A program made the position numbers and the translations under genes. A stretch of 64,000 bases of DNA from Thermoplasmatota archaeon (lineage in GTDB: Archaea > Thermoplasmatota > Poseidoniia > Poseidoniales > Thalassarchaeaceae). The notes below the pieces were generated by a model that was not told the origin of the DNA, did not search any database, and saw nothing but the letters and a program-made list of their open reading frames with translations. Shown piece by piece: positions 28,809 to 38,307 of this stretch. Location: the NCBI GenBank assembly GCA_036251765.1, contig JAZANL010000025.1, forward strand, positions 667 through 64,666, written 5' to 3'. Position 1 is the first letter of the stretch; every line of letters starts with the position of its first letter.

Positions 28809-29774
28809 CTATTCCCTTCTAGTGGCAACTCTACCTTGCCTACTCCCTCTTCTGGATACTCCAATCTTTCTGCTCTTTTTCCTAGGCCTGGACACCCTTT
28901 TCGAATCATCCGAACCTTCCTTTTTAGTTCCTGAAATTGTTGAGAGGCCCCCAGATTCTAGCAATGCCCCCAACTCATCTGTGCTAAGGGAGCCGCCCTT
29001 GGCCGCAATTCCACGAATGTCTTCTATGCTGGAGAAGTCTCCACGGCCAGAAGAGATTCTCGAATACCTCTCTACCCTTTTCAATTCCTTTCTCTCAACC
29101 TTAACTGATCTTTTCTTTGCCTCAATATTATTGTCGATTGATGAAATCCTCTTGCTGATTCTCCGTATCTCTTTCCTGCTGATTTTCTCGTCTTCAATTT
29201 CTACATTATCTTTGAGATCAGACACTACCTTGTCCGAGACTTCTTTGTTCTGATCCAACTTCGTAGAAATCTTCCTCATTTCACTAACTCTGTTGATATA
29301 ATCGGAATGAGCCTTTTCTGCCTCTTTCTTTTTCTTAATTGATGCCTGAATCTCGAAGAATCTGCTGAATGCAGTTAGCTCCGGATTTAGCATTGGTACA
29401 GCAGTCAGATCATTATCTATGCTGGTAAGGGATTGGAATGTATCACTCAACCATTCTTCTAGAATCTTTGACGGAGGCGGAACACACTTGTTGATTGAGT
29501 CCCGCTTCTCTCGTTGTTTTTGAGCATCCTTTCTTGATGCGTGAAATTCTCCTAGCAACTTCTTTCTCCCTGAATCAGAATGCTCGAAGCCTACTATTGC
29601 AGACCTCAAAGCCTTGACTATGTGCACTTGCTCCTTCCTCTCAGATTGAAGATCCCTAATCTCCCCTTCAATAGAGCGTAACATAGCCTTCTTTTCTTTG
29701 ACCATTCTACTGACTCCTTCTGCATCCAAAACCTTGAGGTCTTCCCAATTGTTGGTTTCAGGGCTGTCGCTCAT
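28809..29774 (-). CDS. Coiled-coil protein, paralogue 2, with basic C-terminal tail
   Basis: 321 aa, coiled-coil composition. C-terminal 'SRPRKKSRKIGVSRRGSRQGRVATRRE'. Start overlaps paralogue 1's stop by 4 nt. Confidence 0.5.
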   Translation of the reverse strand: MSDSPETNNWEDLKVLDAEGVSRMVKEKKAMLRSIEGEIRDLQSERKEQVHIVKALRSAIVGFEHSDSGRKKLLGEFHASRKDAQKQREKRDSINKCVPPPSKILEEWLSDTFQSLTSIDNDLTAVPMLNPELTAFSRFFEIQASIKKKKEAEKAHSDYINRVSEMRKISTKLDQNKEVSDKVVSDLKDNVEIEDEKISRKEIRRISKRISSIDNNIEAKKRSVKVERKELKRVERYSRISSGRGDFSSIEDIRGIAAKGGSLSTDELGALLESGGLSTISGTKKEGSDDSKRVSRPRKKSRKIGVSRRGSRQGRVATRRE

Positions 29775-30595
29775 TCTTCCTCACCAGCCGTTTTTTCCAC
29801 CCTTGCTTTGCTCTTCTTTGCGAAGGAGGAAAGCCCCCCTTCCTCGACATTCCTTCTAGCCCTTAGCAGGTCTCGGAAACCAGGACCGATTTGACCAAAT
29901 CCTTCTTTGAGCCTCTTTTCCCAGTGTGCAATCGCCTTGTCACTCTGAGAAAGAAGCTCCCTTGCTCTGTCTAATTGACTCCTCACTTCCTTTAATTCGC
30001 CCGATGCCTCTGACATCTTCTTGTACATTGGTTGGGCCTTAGAAACCGCTTCGATCATCTTGGCGTGTTCCTTATCCGCCTTTTTGAACAATGCAGACAT
30101 TTTCCGGCTCTTTTCTAGGTAGTTCGACATCTCGGGATTGGAATCCTTTCTATCTCTGACCCACTTGTCGTTCTCTGAAATAAGTGCCCTCCTTTTCTCC
30201 AGAAGCTTCCTCTCAGATTTGTGATCTAGGGCCGATGTCTGAATCTTATCCTCAATCTCCTCAATCTGCTCCAGAAGCTTCTGCTTCTTCCACTTGGGGT
30301 CTAGGCTAATCATTCCTCCTGAGCTAATCAGCTTCTCCCTGATTTCTTTGACCTCGGGAATCAATCCCCCAGCTTCAGTCTGAAACCGATCTCTCTCCTC
30401 CTTGAATGCTGCAACCTTGCTATTTGCATCATCGAACGCGTTTTTCATTCGCTCAACTTTTGGACTCAGTGAGTCTTCTTCAGCCTCTAGATTTCGTATC
30501 ACACCGGGAAGACTGTCTTTCAGCATAACCCTCCTTCTCAGGAGTTTCTCAGCAAGCTCACCAGGCTCAACCTCCATCAGTTCTGCAGTGTCCAT
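29771..30595 (-). CDS. Coiled-coil protein, paralogue 1 (first gene of the triplet)
   Basis: 274 aa, K/E-rich. 'ERKLLEKRRALISENDKW' segment resembles 'ENSLIKKLRSLISRRDEL' in the 34497 ORF. Confidence 0.5.
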   Translation of the reverse strand: MDTAELMEVEPGELAEKLLRRRVMLKDSLPGVIRNLEAEEDSLSPKVERMKNAFDDANSKVAAFKEERDRFQTEAGGLIPEVKEIREKLISSGGMISLDPKWKKQKLLEQIEEIEDKIQTSALDHKSERKLLEKRRALISENDKWVRDRKDSNPEMSNYLEKSRKMSALFKKADKEHAKMIEAVSKAQPMYKKMSEASGELKEVRSQLDRARELLSQSDKAIAHWEKRLKEGFGQIGPGFRDLLRARRNVEEGGLSSFAKKSKARVEKTAGEEE

Positions 30596-30649
30596 TTCGA
30601 TTCCGAGAAATCCCTCCTTTTTTTAGCAATACTGGACAATTTTCTGGGT

Positions 30650-32227
30650 TTGATTCATACGATGGCCATTCAAGCCGACTCCATGCGGGTCTTGCTAGGC
30701 AATACTATTGCCATGTCCATTGCAATAATATTGCTATCCAGCATGGCATCGCATTCATTCTCGACAAACCAACTAGAATTTAGCAGAATAGGCGCCAAGT
30801 ATTCCGACGAGCCAACTAACTCCACCAATTTCACATCATCGGGAGGATCTGGATTGGCAGTATCCGGTGAACCAGGTTACGTTGGTGACACTCTTACTGC
30901 CTCAATGATGGTGACAAATTCAGGAAACGTAAGCGCATCAGTCTCACTCCTTGTTGCTACAGTTTCTGGTGATGAGTCATTCGAGGGTGCCCACTTCCCT
31001 ATTTCTCCCGGATCTACCCGAGAGGTTTCCACTCCATTCAAATTGACCTCATCTGGTACTAATCATTTTGATTGGCGGGTATCTGTAGTTGAAGATCCTG
31101 ATAATTCGCAATTACAAGGAAATTTTTCTGTCGAGGTACTGCCCAGCCAGACACTAAACGTATCTATTGACTCAATAGAATGGACAAATTCTGACGGCTT
31201 GAATTTCGATGCCTCCATTTTCCTATCCAATGGAAGATCACGGGGAATCATTCTCGAGGCCTCTTCCGGACAAAATGGCGGCTACAAACTATTGCAGAGT
31301 TTACAAATCGACTCGAATCCAGGTAGAAGGACAATCTCTTTCGATTTGGGACATCCTTCAGCAGACGAGGTAATATTGGAGGCTATTCCAATCGCTTGGC
31401 AGCCTTCATCAGATTCCACTAATTTAACACAACTTAGCGTCACAGAGCCATTGGTAAACAAAGCCTCACTATCCGTAGATGCCACCTTCGACCCAGAAAT
31501 GCCCACCCCCGGAAGTAGAGTCATGGTCTCGATATCATTAGAAAATACGGGCAACTATCAAGCACAATCCGGCCATGTAAGGGTGATATCTTCATCCGAC
31601 CAGCAAATCCTCGCTGAGACAGCGGTTCAGTCAGTAATGCCTGGATCAATCTTCACAACCGAGGTGTCTTTGTCAGATTGGCCAAATAGCGATAGCGTCG
31701 GTTTAGAGCTGCAGTGGCTAACAAGCGGTACAAAATCTACGGACTACCTAACAATCGAGACCGAGAAGAGTCAGGAAGGATTGAATCTCCCCTTTGACTT
31801 AGTTGCAGCCGCCTATGGACTTCTAGCCGGAATACTAACAATTCTTGTGGGTACATTTGTCTGGCGCGCAGTTTCTACTCGAACTCCTTCTACTACCGAT
31901 TATAATCTCCGTGAAACAAAGGAATCTGCAAAATCACAGTCAAAACTGGAGAAGACGGAGATTCAATGTTCGTATTGTGACCAGAGACTGATGGTTCCTC
32001 ACAATCATGTGGGCGGAGTCCGCTGTCCGGCTTGCTCGATGGAATTCGTTGTCGGCCAAGTCGACCAGCCATCACATCCCGTAGTCCGCTCATCAGAAGA
32101 CACCCTTAATTGCCCAGAATGTCAACAGGCCTTGAGGGTGAAAATGGAGAATAGGCCAGTAATGTCTAGATGCCCGGTCTGCAAGACTCAGTTCATGGCC
32201 GAGGCCGAGGAGGATCAAGATGTCTGA
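30650..32227 (+). CDS. Membrane protein with a large extracellular domain and a cytoplasmic tandem zinc ribbon
   Basis: 525 aa. N-terminal TM/signal and ~380-aa S/T-rich exodomain. TM 'LVAAAYGLLAGILTILVGTFVW'. C-terminal 'CSYCDQ...CPACS' and 'CPECQQ...CPVCK'. Confidence 0.55.
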   Translation: MIHTMAIQADSMRVLLGNTIAMSIAIILLSSMASHSFSTNQLEFSRIGAKYSDEPTNSTNFTSSGGSGLAVSGEPGYVGDTLTASMMVTNSGNVSASVSLLVATVSGDESFEGAHFPISPGSTREVSTPFKLTSSGTNHFDWRVSVVEDPDNSQLQGNFSVEVLPSQTLNVSIDSIEWTNSDGLNFDASIFLSNGRSRGIILEASSGQNGGYKLLQSLQIDSNPGRRTISFDLGHPSADEVILEAIPIAWQPSSDSTNLTQLSVTEPLVNKASLSVDATFDPEMPTPGSRVMVSISLENTGNYQAQSGHVRVISSSDQQILAETAVQSVMPGSIFTTEVSLSDWPNSDSVGLELQWLTSGTKSTDYLTIETEKSQEGLNLPFDLVAAAYGLLAGILTILVGTFVWRAVSTRTPSTTDYNLRETKESAKSQSKLEKTEIQCSYCDQRLMVPHNHVGGVRCPACSMEFVVGQVDQPSHPVVRSSEDTLNCPECQQALRVKMENRPVMSRCPVCKTQFMAEAEEDQDV

Positions 32228-32879
32228 ATTCAGCGAAATCGAGGAGATGTATCTGAAGACCATATTCGAGGTTCACTCCGAGATGCCCGGGGAGATCGTA
32301 AAGACCACACAGATTGCTGATTTGATGGGCGTTTCTGCCGCCTCTGTTACAGAAATGGTCCAACGCCTAACCCAACGTGGAATGATCACTCACATACCAT
32401 ATCGCGGCTGCCGACTGACAACTGAGGGTTTTCAGTTAGCTGCCAGAGTTAAAAGACGAGAAGGCCTACTAGAGGTTCTTCTGAAAGACGTGATAGGTTT
32501 CAAGGGGGATGTGAAAGCTGTTGCATGCAAAATGGAGCATGCCGTAGGGATAGATCTGGAGGAAACTCTAGACCGCCTTCTTGGTTATCCGGAAACAACT
32601 GTCGGTGGAGGGAAGATCCCTAGTATCGAGCGTGATTTTGAAACATTGGGCGTTGGAACACTATTGCCATTGGGGCGACTACCTGAGGGATCATCAGCGG
32701 AAGTCGAGATGATTGTTGCAAACGATGTTGAAACCATAACTATCAATGATTGCGGTATCAGTATTGGAGCCCCGATCTCTGTTTCTGAGGGGAAGATAAC
32801 TACTGGTGGCATGGAAATCGGCTTATCTGATGGCATTTCAATGAAGATACTGGCCAGAATCACTTCAATGGGGGAGTAA
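32220..32879 (+). CDS. DtxR/MntR-family metal-dependent transcriptional regulator with C-terminal FeoA (SH3-like) domain
   Basis: N-terminal 'EMYLKTIFEV...' wHTH. Dimerisation/metal-site region 'RREGLLEVLL'. C-terminal FeoA-like domain. Start overlaps the upstream gene by 8 nt. Confidence 0.75.
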   Translation: MSEFSEIEEMYLKTIFEVHSEMPGEIVKTTQIADLMGVSAASVTEMVQRLTQRGMITHIPYRGCRLTTEGFQLAARVKRREGLLEVLLKDVIGFKGDVKAVACKMEHAVGIDLEETLDRLLGYPETTVGGGKIPSIERDFETLGVGTLLPLGRLPEGSSAEVEMIVANDVETITINDCGISIGAPISVSEGKITTGGMEIGLSDGISMKILARITSMGE

Positions 32880-32929
32880 GAATTTCTTCGAACGAGGACC
32901 CAACAAATTTCACCTCTCCAGAGAGTGAG

Positions 32930-34462
32930 TTGGAATCAATGGTAGAAACCCTGCAAATAGAGACTCCTTCGGCCCCTGAAATCAAAGGAATGGTCAAGGT
33001 CGAAGAAAGGGCCGAAACAGTCAACAAAAAGACACAATTGAAATCTAGAGAGACGATTCTTACAGGTATCGACGATATTCTGATCAGCCGCGGGGCTCGT
33101 TTGATATTATTCCTCCCCATCGCAGTAGTCGTCCTTTTCGGACTAGCCCAGTCATATCGTGGGTCCGTCCCTAGTTGGTGGGAAGGTGGAGTTCAGGAAC
33201 TATTCTTCGACCTCTCATTCTCAAATTCAGTCTACTTACTTGCTCTGGCCATCATGGTCACAGACCTAGTTCTACTGTTCGTTCTTCATTACCTGCTGTG
33301 GGTAACAAAGCGCATTTTCCAAATCGAAACCGATGAAATAGTCTCCACGGGAATTACCTTCCGAAGCTCGCATGGTTATAGTGAGATGAAAGCGGTAATT
33401 GATGGGGCATCTAACCAACTCAATCTTACTACTACCATGATGTTTCTTTCAACCGTTCTACTTGGCTTAGCATTGATTTTCTCATCAGATGATTCCCAAG
33501 GAATCCCCGTTCTGATTGCATTGTCTACCGGTGCTCTACTATCCGGACACAGTGTTTACATGGTTTCCAACCGACCAAGATTCAACACAGTCGAGCCATG
33601 GGGGCTGTTAGACGCATTCACCCCCCCAATGCATCCCGCATTGCTGAACAAACCATTCACAGATGTGATCAGATCACACGTCGACCCGCTGCTAGCCGTG
33701 CGCTTCTCAAAGTACGTCACTTCGTTTAGTGATAATCTCCAGAGCGGCGTAAGACTTTCTGAGTTGCAGGAATATCTTCTGCAGGTACTAGATATGTTCC
33801 GCTCTGGGTTGATAGAAGAGGATGAATTCCATGCAGCTCTTGGGGAATTAGTAGACACAAGAACCATTGATCAAATCATCAATCATCCAGAGCTTGGTGA
33901 AGAGACATTGGATAGGTTGCTTATGCATGCAAGGGAAAGATGCGCCCCCTTCTTCCGCCTTAACGACAGGATGAGGATGCACTTGTCCTCACACATGAAT
34001 GAGCAGATATGGTTTGATGTGGATATGGAGAACCTTACTCTCGGCCAGGCAAACCTATTCGCATTCGTCCTCAACCAGACAGATGAAACACAGGATCTTA
34101 TCCTCAGGGTACAGACTCCCGACTTCCGTCCAAACGAGTGCGTATATCGACTCAAAGCCGAACCCCACGCCGATGACAAATTATCTGGAAAGACCACTTA
34201 CGAGAGGGTTTCCTCCTCTGTGTCATCGTCGAGGATTGTTTGGCAGACCCTCATCCCATCCTCTATGGGCGATGCTACTGTAACAGTTAGGCTAGAGGAC
34301 TCCTCAGGAAACCTAATCTCAGGCAAGGTTCTAACTTCACAAGTAAGATCAGACCTCTTTACTCGTCTAAGGATGACTACTGGTGCAGTATTCATGTTCG
34401 GTGCCGCACTCGCCATCATTTCACCGATCCTACCCTTTGTAGCAAAGTTACTTGGCCTTTAG
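32930..34462 (+). CDS. Large membrane protein (N-terminal TM bundle, long soluble C-domain, C-terminal TM)
   Basis: 510 aa, hydrophobic helices at both ends. No diagnostic motif. Confidence 0.5.
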   Translation: MESMVETLQIETPSAPEIKGMVKVEERAETVNKKTQLKSRETILTGIDDILISRGARLILFLPIAVVVLFGLAQSYRGSVPSWWEGGVQELFFDLSFSNSVYLLALAIMVTDLVLLFVLHYLLWVTKRIFQIETDEIVSTGITFRSSHGYSEMKAVIDGASNQLNLTTTMMFLSTVLLGLALIFSSDDSQGIPVLIALSTGALLSGHSVYMVSNRPRFNTVEPWGLLDAFTPPMHPALLNKPFTDVIRSHVDPLLAVRFSKYVTSFSDNLQSGVRLSELQEYLLQVLDMFRSGLIEEDEFHAALGELVDTRTIDQIINHPELGEETLDRLLMHARERCAPFFRLNDRMRMHLSSHMNEQIWFDVDMENLTLGQANLFAFVLNQTDETQDLILRVQTPDFRPNECVYRLKAEPHADDKLSGKTTYERVSSSVSSSRIVWQTLIPSSMGDATVTVRLEDSSGNLISGKVLTSQVRSDLFTRLRMTTGAVFMFGAALAIISPILPFVAKLLGL

Positions 34463-34496
34463 GTCTCTTCAATAAGGGGGCACTATTCGCAATTGC

Positions 34497-35483
34497 ATGG
34501 TTAGCGACGATGGGGACTCGGATGACCTCCGAACTAGGTTGCACGCCATGGAGTCCAAGCTAACTAGAGTTCGTGGTCAGCGTGACTCCCACAATGACTC
34601 CGCAAAGAGGGCAGCAGATCAGAGAAACTCTGCTCAGAATAAAAGAAATGAGGTACAGGAATCAATCACATCCAGGATGGACGAACAGAAGAAGGTACGT
34701 GCACAGGCAAAGATCCACCAAGCAAGCCGCGATGAGATACAGCATAGCATCAGGGAGATCATCTCGCGAAAGAAGGGCAAGAAGGACCAAGGCCCGGGGA
34801 AGTCCGTAGTGATTCAACTATCGGAAACAGTTGGCGAGATAGAGAGGATAGAGGATCGGATAATGACCGACGGAGGCCTTTCTCTGGAGAAGGAAAACTC
34901 CCTCATCAAGAAACTTCGCTCATTAATTTCTAGAAGGGACGAACTAATACCTCATGTAGAGCAACAGCGCATAGTCTCTATCGATTTGAGTGATATGGAC
35001 GAATCTATTCAGAGATTGAGGGCTGAGGCAGATAACGAACACAAGTTAATGCTCGAGCAAAATAGCCTGGCAGATGAGATTTGGAATGAAATCAAACCCC
35101 TTTTCGAGGAAAGGGACTTTCTCAGAGGCGAAGGTGATAGGCTGCATGCCCTTTTCTTGGAGGAAAGGGGCAAGGCCGACGAGGCGCATCAGGGAGTGGT
35201 CGAACTCCTTTCCAAGGTGAATGAGATCCGGAGTGAGATACGCTCTCAGCACGAGGAGAGAGAAAGGATGGTAAACGACCATAACAAATCTGTAAGACAG
35301 GCTCTAAGAGGGCCCGATCAGAACGAAGAACTCGCAGAATCTCTATCTGACAAGCTCCTAGGAGGTCAATCAATCACCTTCGGAGGAATCGTTGCCACCG
35401 ATGCCAACGTTACTCAGGATGAAAAACCGAGGCCAAAGAGGAAATCGAGGAAGCTCGGTACTTCTCGTGGCAGGAAGAGCTAG
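34497..35483 (+). CDS. Coiled-coil protein, fourth paralogue, with basic C-terminal tail
   Basis: 328 aa, K/E/R/Q-rich. C-terminal 'KPRPKRKSRKLGTSRGRKS'. Confidence 0.5.
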   Translation: MVSDDGDSDDLRTRLHAMESKLTRVRGQRDSHNDSAKRAADQRNSAQNKRNEVQESITSRMDEQKKVRAQAKIHQASRDEIQHSIREIISRKKGKKDQGPGKSVVIQLSETVGEIERIEDRIMTDGGLSLEKENSLIKKLRSLISRRDELIPHVEQQRIVSIDLSDMDESIQRLRAEADNEHKLMLEQNSLADEIWNEIKPLFEERDFLRGEGDRLHALFLEERGKADEAHQGVVELLSKVNEIRSEIRSQHEERERMVNDHNKSVRQALRGPDQNEELAESLSDKLLGGQSITFGGIVATDANVTQDEKPRPKRKSRKLGTSRGRKS

Positions 35484-36491
35484 TCACCATCCTCTCTCGT
35501 CCATCTTGACCTCGAGAGTATCTATTTCTAGGCCTGGCATTGCCTCTCCAACCATATCACAAGCTTCTGCCACTACTGCTGAGTCCTCGAAGTGATGTGT
35601 TGCAAGGACAATGGCTTCAGCGGTTCTTGTCGGATCAGAACTCTTGAAAATCCCGGATCCAACGAAAATCCCATCCATTCCATGCTTCATCATCAATGAC
35701 GCGTCTGCTGGGGTCGCTATCCCACCAGCAGAAAAAGTCACCACGGGCAGACGCCCTAATTGCGCTACCTCATCCAAAACGGATGCCACCTCTTTCCTCA
35801 ATTCTTCTAGGGTTCCGAATGGAGTATTTTGTACTGAGGCACCTATTTCAGATGATTTTTCCAGCCTTCTATAACCATCCAGGATATTCTCTACTATATC
35901 CTCCCGAGCCTTTGAGTTAGATTCCCTAGTGGTCTCAATTTCGGTTGCTAGGAGTCTGGCGTGCTTTACAGCACTCACAACGTTGCCAGTACCAGCCTCG
36001 CCCTTCGTCCTGATCATTGCAGCCCCCTCTGCCACCCTCCGAACAGCCTCTCCAAGGCTAGTGCACCCGCAGACGAATGGAATCGTGAAGTCGGCTTTTG
36101 GGATGTGGTAGTAAGGATCAGCAGGGGTAAGAACTTCCGACTCGTCGATCATGTCTACTCCGAGTGTTTCCAATACCCTGGCCTCCTCATCGTGGCCAAT
36201 TCTAGCCTTAGCCATGACTGGAATACTAGTCGTCTCGATGATTTCCTTGATCAGCTTGGGGTGGCTCATCCTCGCGACTCCCCCAGAAGATCGAATATCT
36301 GCTGGAACCCTCTCCAGAGCCATTACGGAGACGGCCCCAGCATCCTCTGCAACATGGGCCTGTTCCGGAGTCACTACATCCATCACTACTCCACCCTCCT
36401 GCATCTTCGCAAAGCCCCGCTTGAGAAGCTCTGTTCCATGCCTCATATCGCCTAGCTCAATCCTATGCGGCATACGGATTCCTCTCGGCAT
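35484..36491 (-). CDS. pdxS: Pyridoxal 5'-phosphate synthase, synthase subunit PdxS (Pdx1)
   Basis: 335 aa TIM barrel. '[17 protein letters not shown]' and '[12 protein letters not shown]' PdxS blocks. Confidence 0.9.
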   Translation of the reverse strand: MPRGIRMPHRIELGDMRHGTELLKRGFAKMQEGGVVMDVVTPEQAHVAEDAGAVSVMALERVPADIRSSGGVARMSHPKLIKEIIETTSIPVMAKARIGHDEEARVLETLGVDMIDESEVLTPADPYYHIPKADFTIPFVCGCTSLGEAVRRVAEGAAMIRTKGEAGTGNVVSAVKHARLLATEIETTRESNSKAREDIVENILDGYRRLEKSSEIGASVQNTPFGTLEELRKEVASVLDEVAQLGRLPVVTFSAGGIATPADASLMMKHGMDGIFVGSGIFKSSDPTRTAEAIVLATHHFEDSAVVAEACDMVGEAMPGLEIDTLEVKMDERGW

Positions 36492-36523
36492 GTATTCATG
36501 AACCTATTTGGCGAACCAATTTC

Positions 36524-36802
36524 CTAACTATCAGCCAGAACAGGGGAATCACCCTCTGCTATTGGAAGGTCAGGTGACTCTACCTCATTCTTCTCCAACC
36601 ATTCCATTTCCTCGTCCGGTAGATCAGTATCAGCATAGATCGCCTCTTCTGGACATTCTGGAATGCATGCCGCGCAGTCTATGCACTCATCGGGATCTAT
36701 CACCAAATATTGTTCGGCTTCCCTAAACGCTTCTACTGGGCAGACATGTACGCAATCTTGGTATTTGCACATAACACATGCACTGGTTACTACGTGGGTC
36801 AT
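36524..36802 (-). CDS. Ferredoxin (2-cluster, 7Fe/8Fe type) with acidic C-terminal extension
   Basis: '[18 protein letters not shown]' and '[16 protein letters not shown]'. Confidence 0.8.
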   Translation of the reverse strand: MTHVVTSACVMCKYQDCVHVCPVEAFREAEQYLVIDPDECIDCAACIPECPEEAIYADTDLPDEEMEWLEKNEVESPDLPIAEGDSPVLADS

Positions 36803-36843
36803 ATAGGTAGAACTCCCATGTAATCAGCATATGAATTCTTGTA

Positions 36844-37314
36844 TTATTCGTCAATCAGGCCAATTATCAAATCCTCAGCAACCTCAATCGATTTCTGACC
36901 AGGGTATACCTCCAACTTGAATCTGCCCTTGGCAACAGGATCGTTCGAATTCCGTGATACAACGCCACGTCCTTGTACAAGTTTGTCCAATCTCAGTCTG
37001 ACGTGAAAGAACTTGTCTTCGTCCACTCTGCTGTCTAGCCCGCCTTCTAGTACGTAAACCAATGAGTCCCTCTCTACTTTCGCCAATGATGATAGTGCCT
37101 CCCTCCCCTTCATCTTTACACTGATTGTTTGCATGGGGGCCCCCAATGTCGAGTTTTCCTTTTTAACGACAATCTCCGATAACCCCCCACAAAGCCAACT
37201 AAGAGAATCCTCTATCACCCTCGTTTCGTCAACGGCACTTGCATGTATCCTCCATTCGCCGCCATGTAGGCTCATGCCCATCGCAGTTGATGACGTGACT
37301 TCAATGCGTTCCAA
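36844..37314 (-). CDS. Conserved hypothetical protein (156 aa)
   Basis: Good ORF with balanced composition. No motif recognised. Confidence 0.45.
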   Translation of the reverse strand: MERIEVTSSTAMGMSLHGGEWRIHASAVDETRVIEDSLSWLCGGLSEIVVKKENSTLGAPMQTISVKMKGREALSSLAKVERDSLVYVLEGGLDSRVDEDKFFHVRLRLDKLVQGRGVVSRNSNDPVAKGRFKLEVYPGQKSIEVAEDLIIGLIDE

Positions 37315-37406
37315 AGACGTTGCTTACAATAGCATTCCGTTCAAATACTGGTTGCAGGTCGGACGGCTCGCAAACGGGGTAGCCCCCGCAATATGGAGAC
37401 ATCTCA

Positions 37407-38303
37407 ATGGCCAAAGGAGCATCAGCGAGAGCCGCGGCTCGTAGGCAGAAGGACAAGTGGAAGGCCAAGAGATGGTACTCAATACGAGCCCCTAGGAATC
37501 CATGGTCGTTCAAGGTAATAGGCGAGACAATTGCCGAGGAAGAGGACATGCTAGTAGGCAGGCCATTCGAGATTATGCAGAATGAGCTCGACGGCGACTT
37601 CACCAAGATGCATGTAAAGATCAAATTCCGAATCAAGGAAGTTGTCGGAAACGACGCCATCACTGAGTTCGTCGGCCATGATGTCATGAAGGACTTCGTC
37701 AGGAGGCAGATAAGGAGGGACAGGGGGAAAATTGACGATACCATTGATGTCGTTACCGAAGATGGCTACTTTGTCAGAATCAAGCCCTTCATCGTAACCA
37801 GGTCAAGCGTCAAGGCTAGTCAGAAGAATGAGTCCAGGAGCGTAACCAGGAACGAGGTAGTCAAGTTCTGCGCCCAATCTACGTGGATCAATGTACAGAA
37901 GGCACTCATGGACGGATCGTTGGAGGAGACCGTCTCCAAGGCTATATCCAAGATTCAACCTGTTCGTGCGGTCTTCTTCAGGCGCAGCCAACTTATTCAG
38001 GACGGTGTTGTGGTAGACGACGGGCCAACTCTGGAGGAGATCAAGGCCCAGGAGAAGGAGGCAAGGGAGCAAGAAGAGATGACTCCAGACGAAGATGATG
38101 AGGTCGCGGCTGAGCAACCGAATGAGGATGGTCCAGACGAGGATCACGAGGCTGAATCTGAAGACGAAGGACAAGACGTTGAGAGTCCCGCTGATGTCGA
38201 CTACGAGTCGATGACCGTTGCACAGCTGAAGGAACTACTGAAGAAAGACGGCAAGCCAGTGTCAGGTAAGAAGGCCGACCTCATATCTAGATTATCGGAG
38301 TGA
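37407..38303 (+). CDS. rps3ae: Ribosomal protein S3Ae (eS1) with acidic linker and C-terminal SAP domain
   Basis: N-terminal 'MAKGASARAAARRQKDKWKAKRWYSIRAP' is the typical S3Ae start. C-terminal 'MTVAQLKELLKKDGKPVSGKKADLISRL' matches the SAP motif. Confidence 0.85.
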   Translation: MAKGASARAAARRQKDKWKAKRWYSIRAPRNPWSFKVIGETIAEEEDMLVGRPFEIMQNELDGDFTKMHVKIKFRIKEVVGNDAITEFVGHDVMKDFVRRQIRRDRGKIDDTIDVVTEDGYFVRIKPFIVTRSSVKASQKNESRSVTRNEVVKFCAQSTWINVQKALMDGSLEETVSKAISKIQPVRAVFFRRSQLIQDGVVVDDGPTLEEIKAQEKEAREQEEMTPDEDDEVAAEQPNEDGPDEDHEAESEDEGQDVESPADVDYESMTVAQLKELLKKDGKPVSGKKADLISRLSE

Positions 38304-38307
38304 GGAG

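Noticed and set aside
35961-36455. 164-aa plus-strand ORF and other ORFs antisense to pdxS
   Set aside because: PdxS on the minus strand is full length with conserved blocks. The antisense ORFs are shadow frames.
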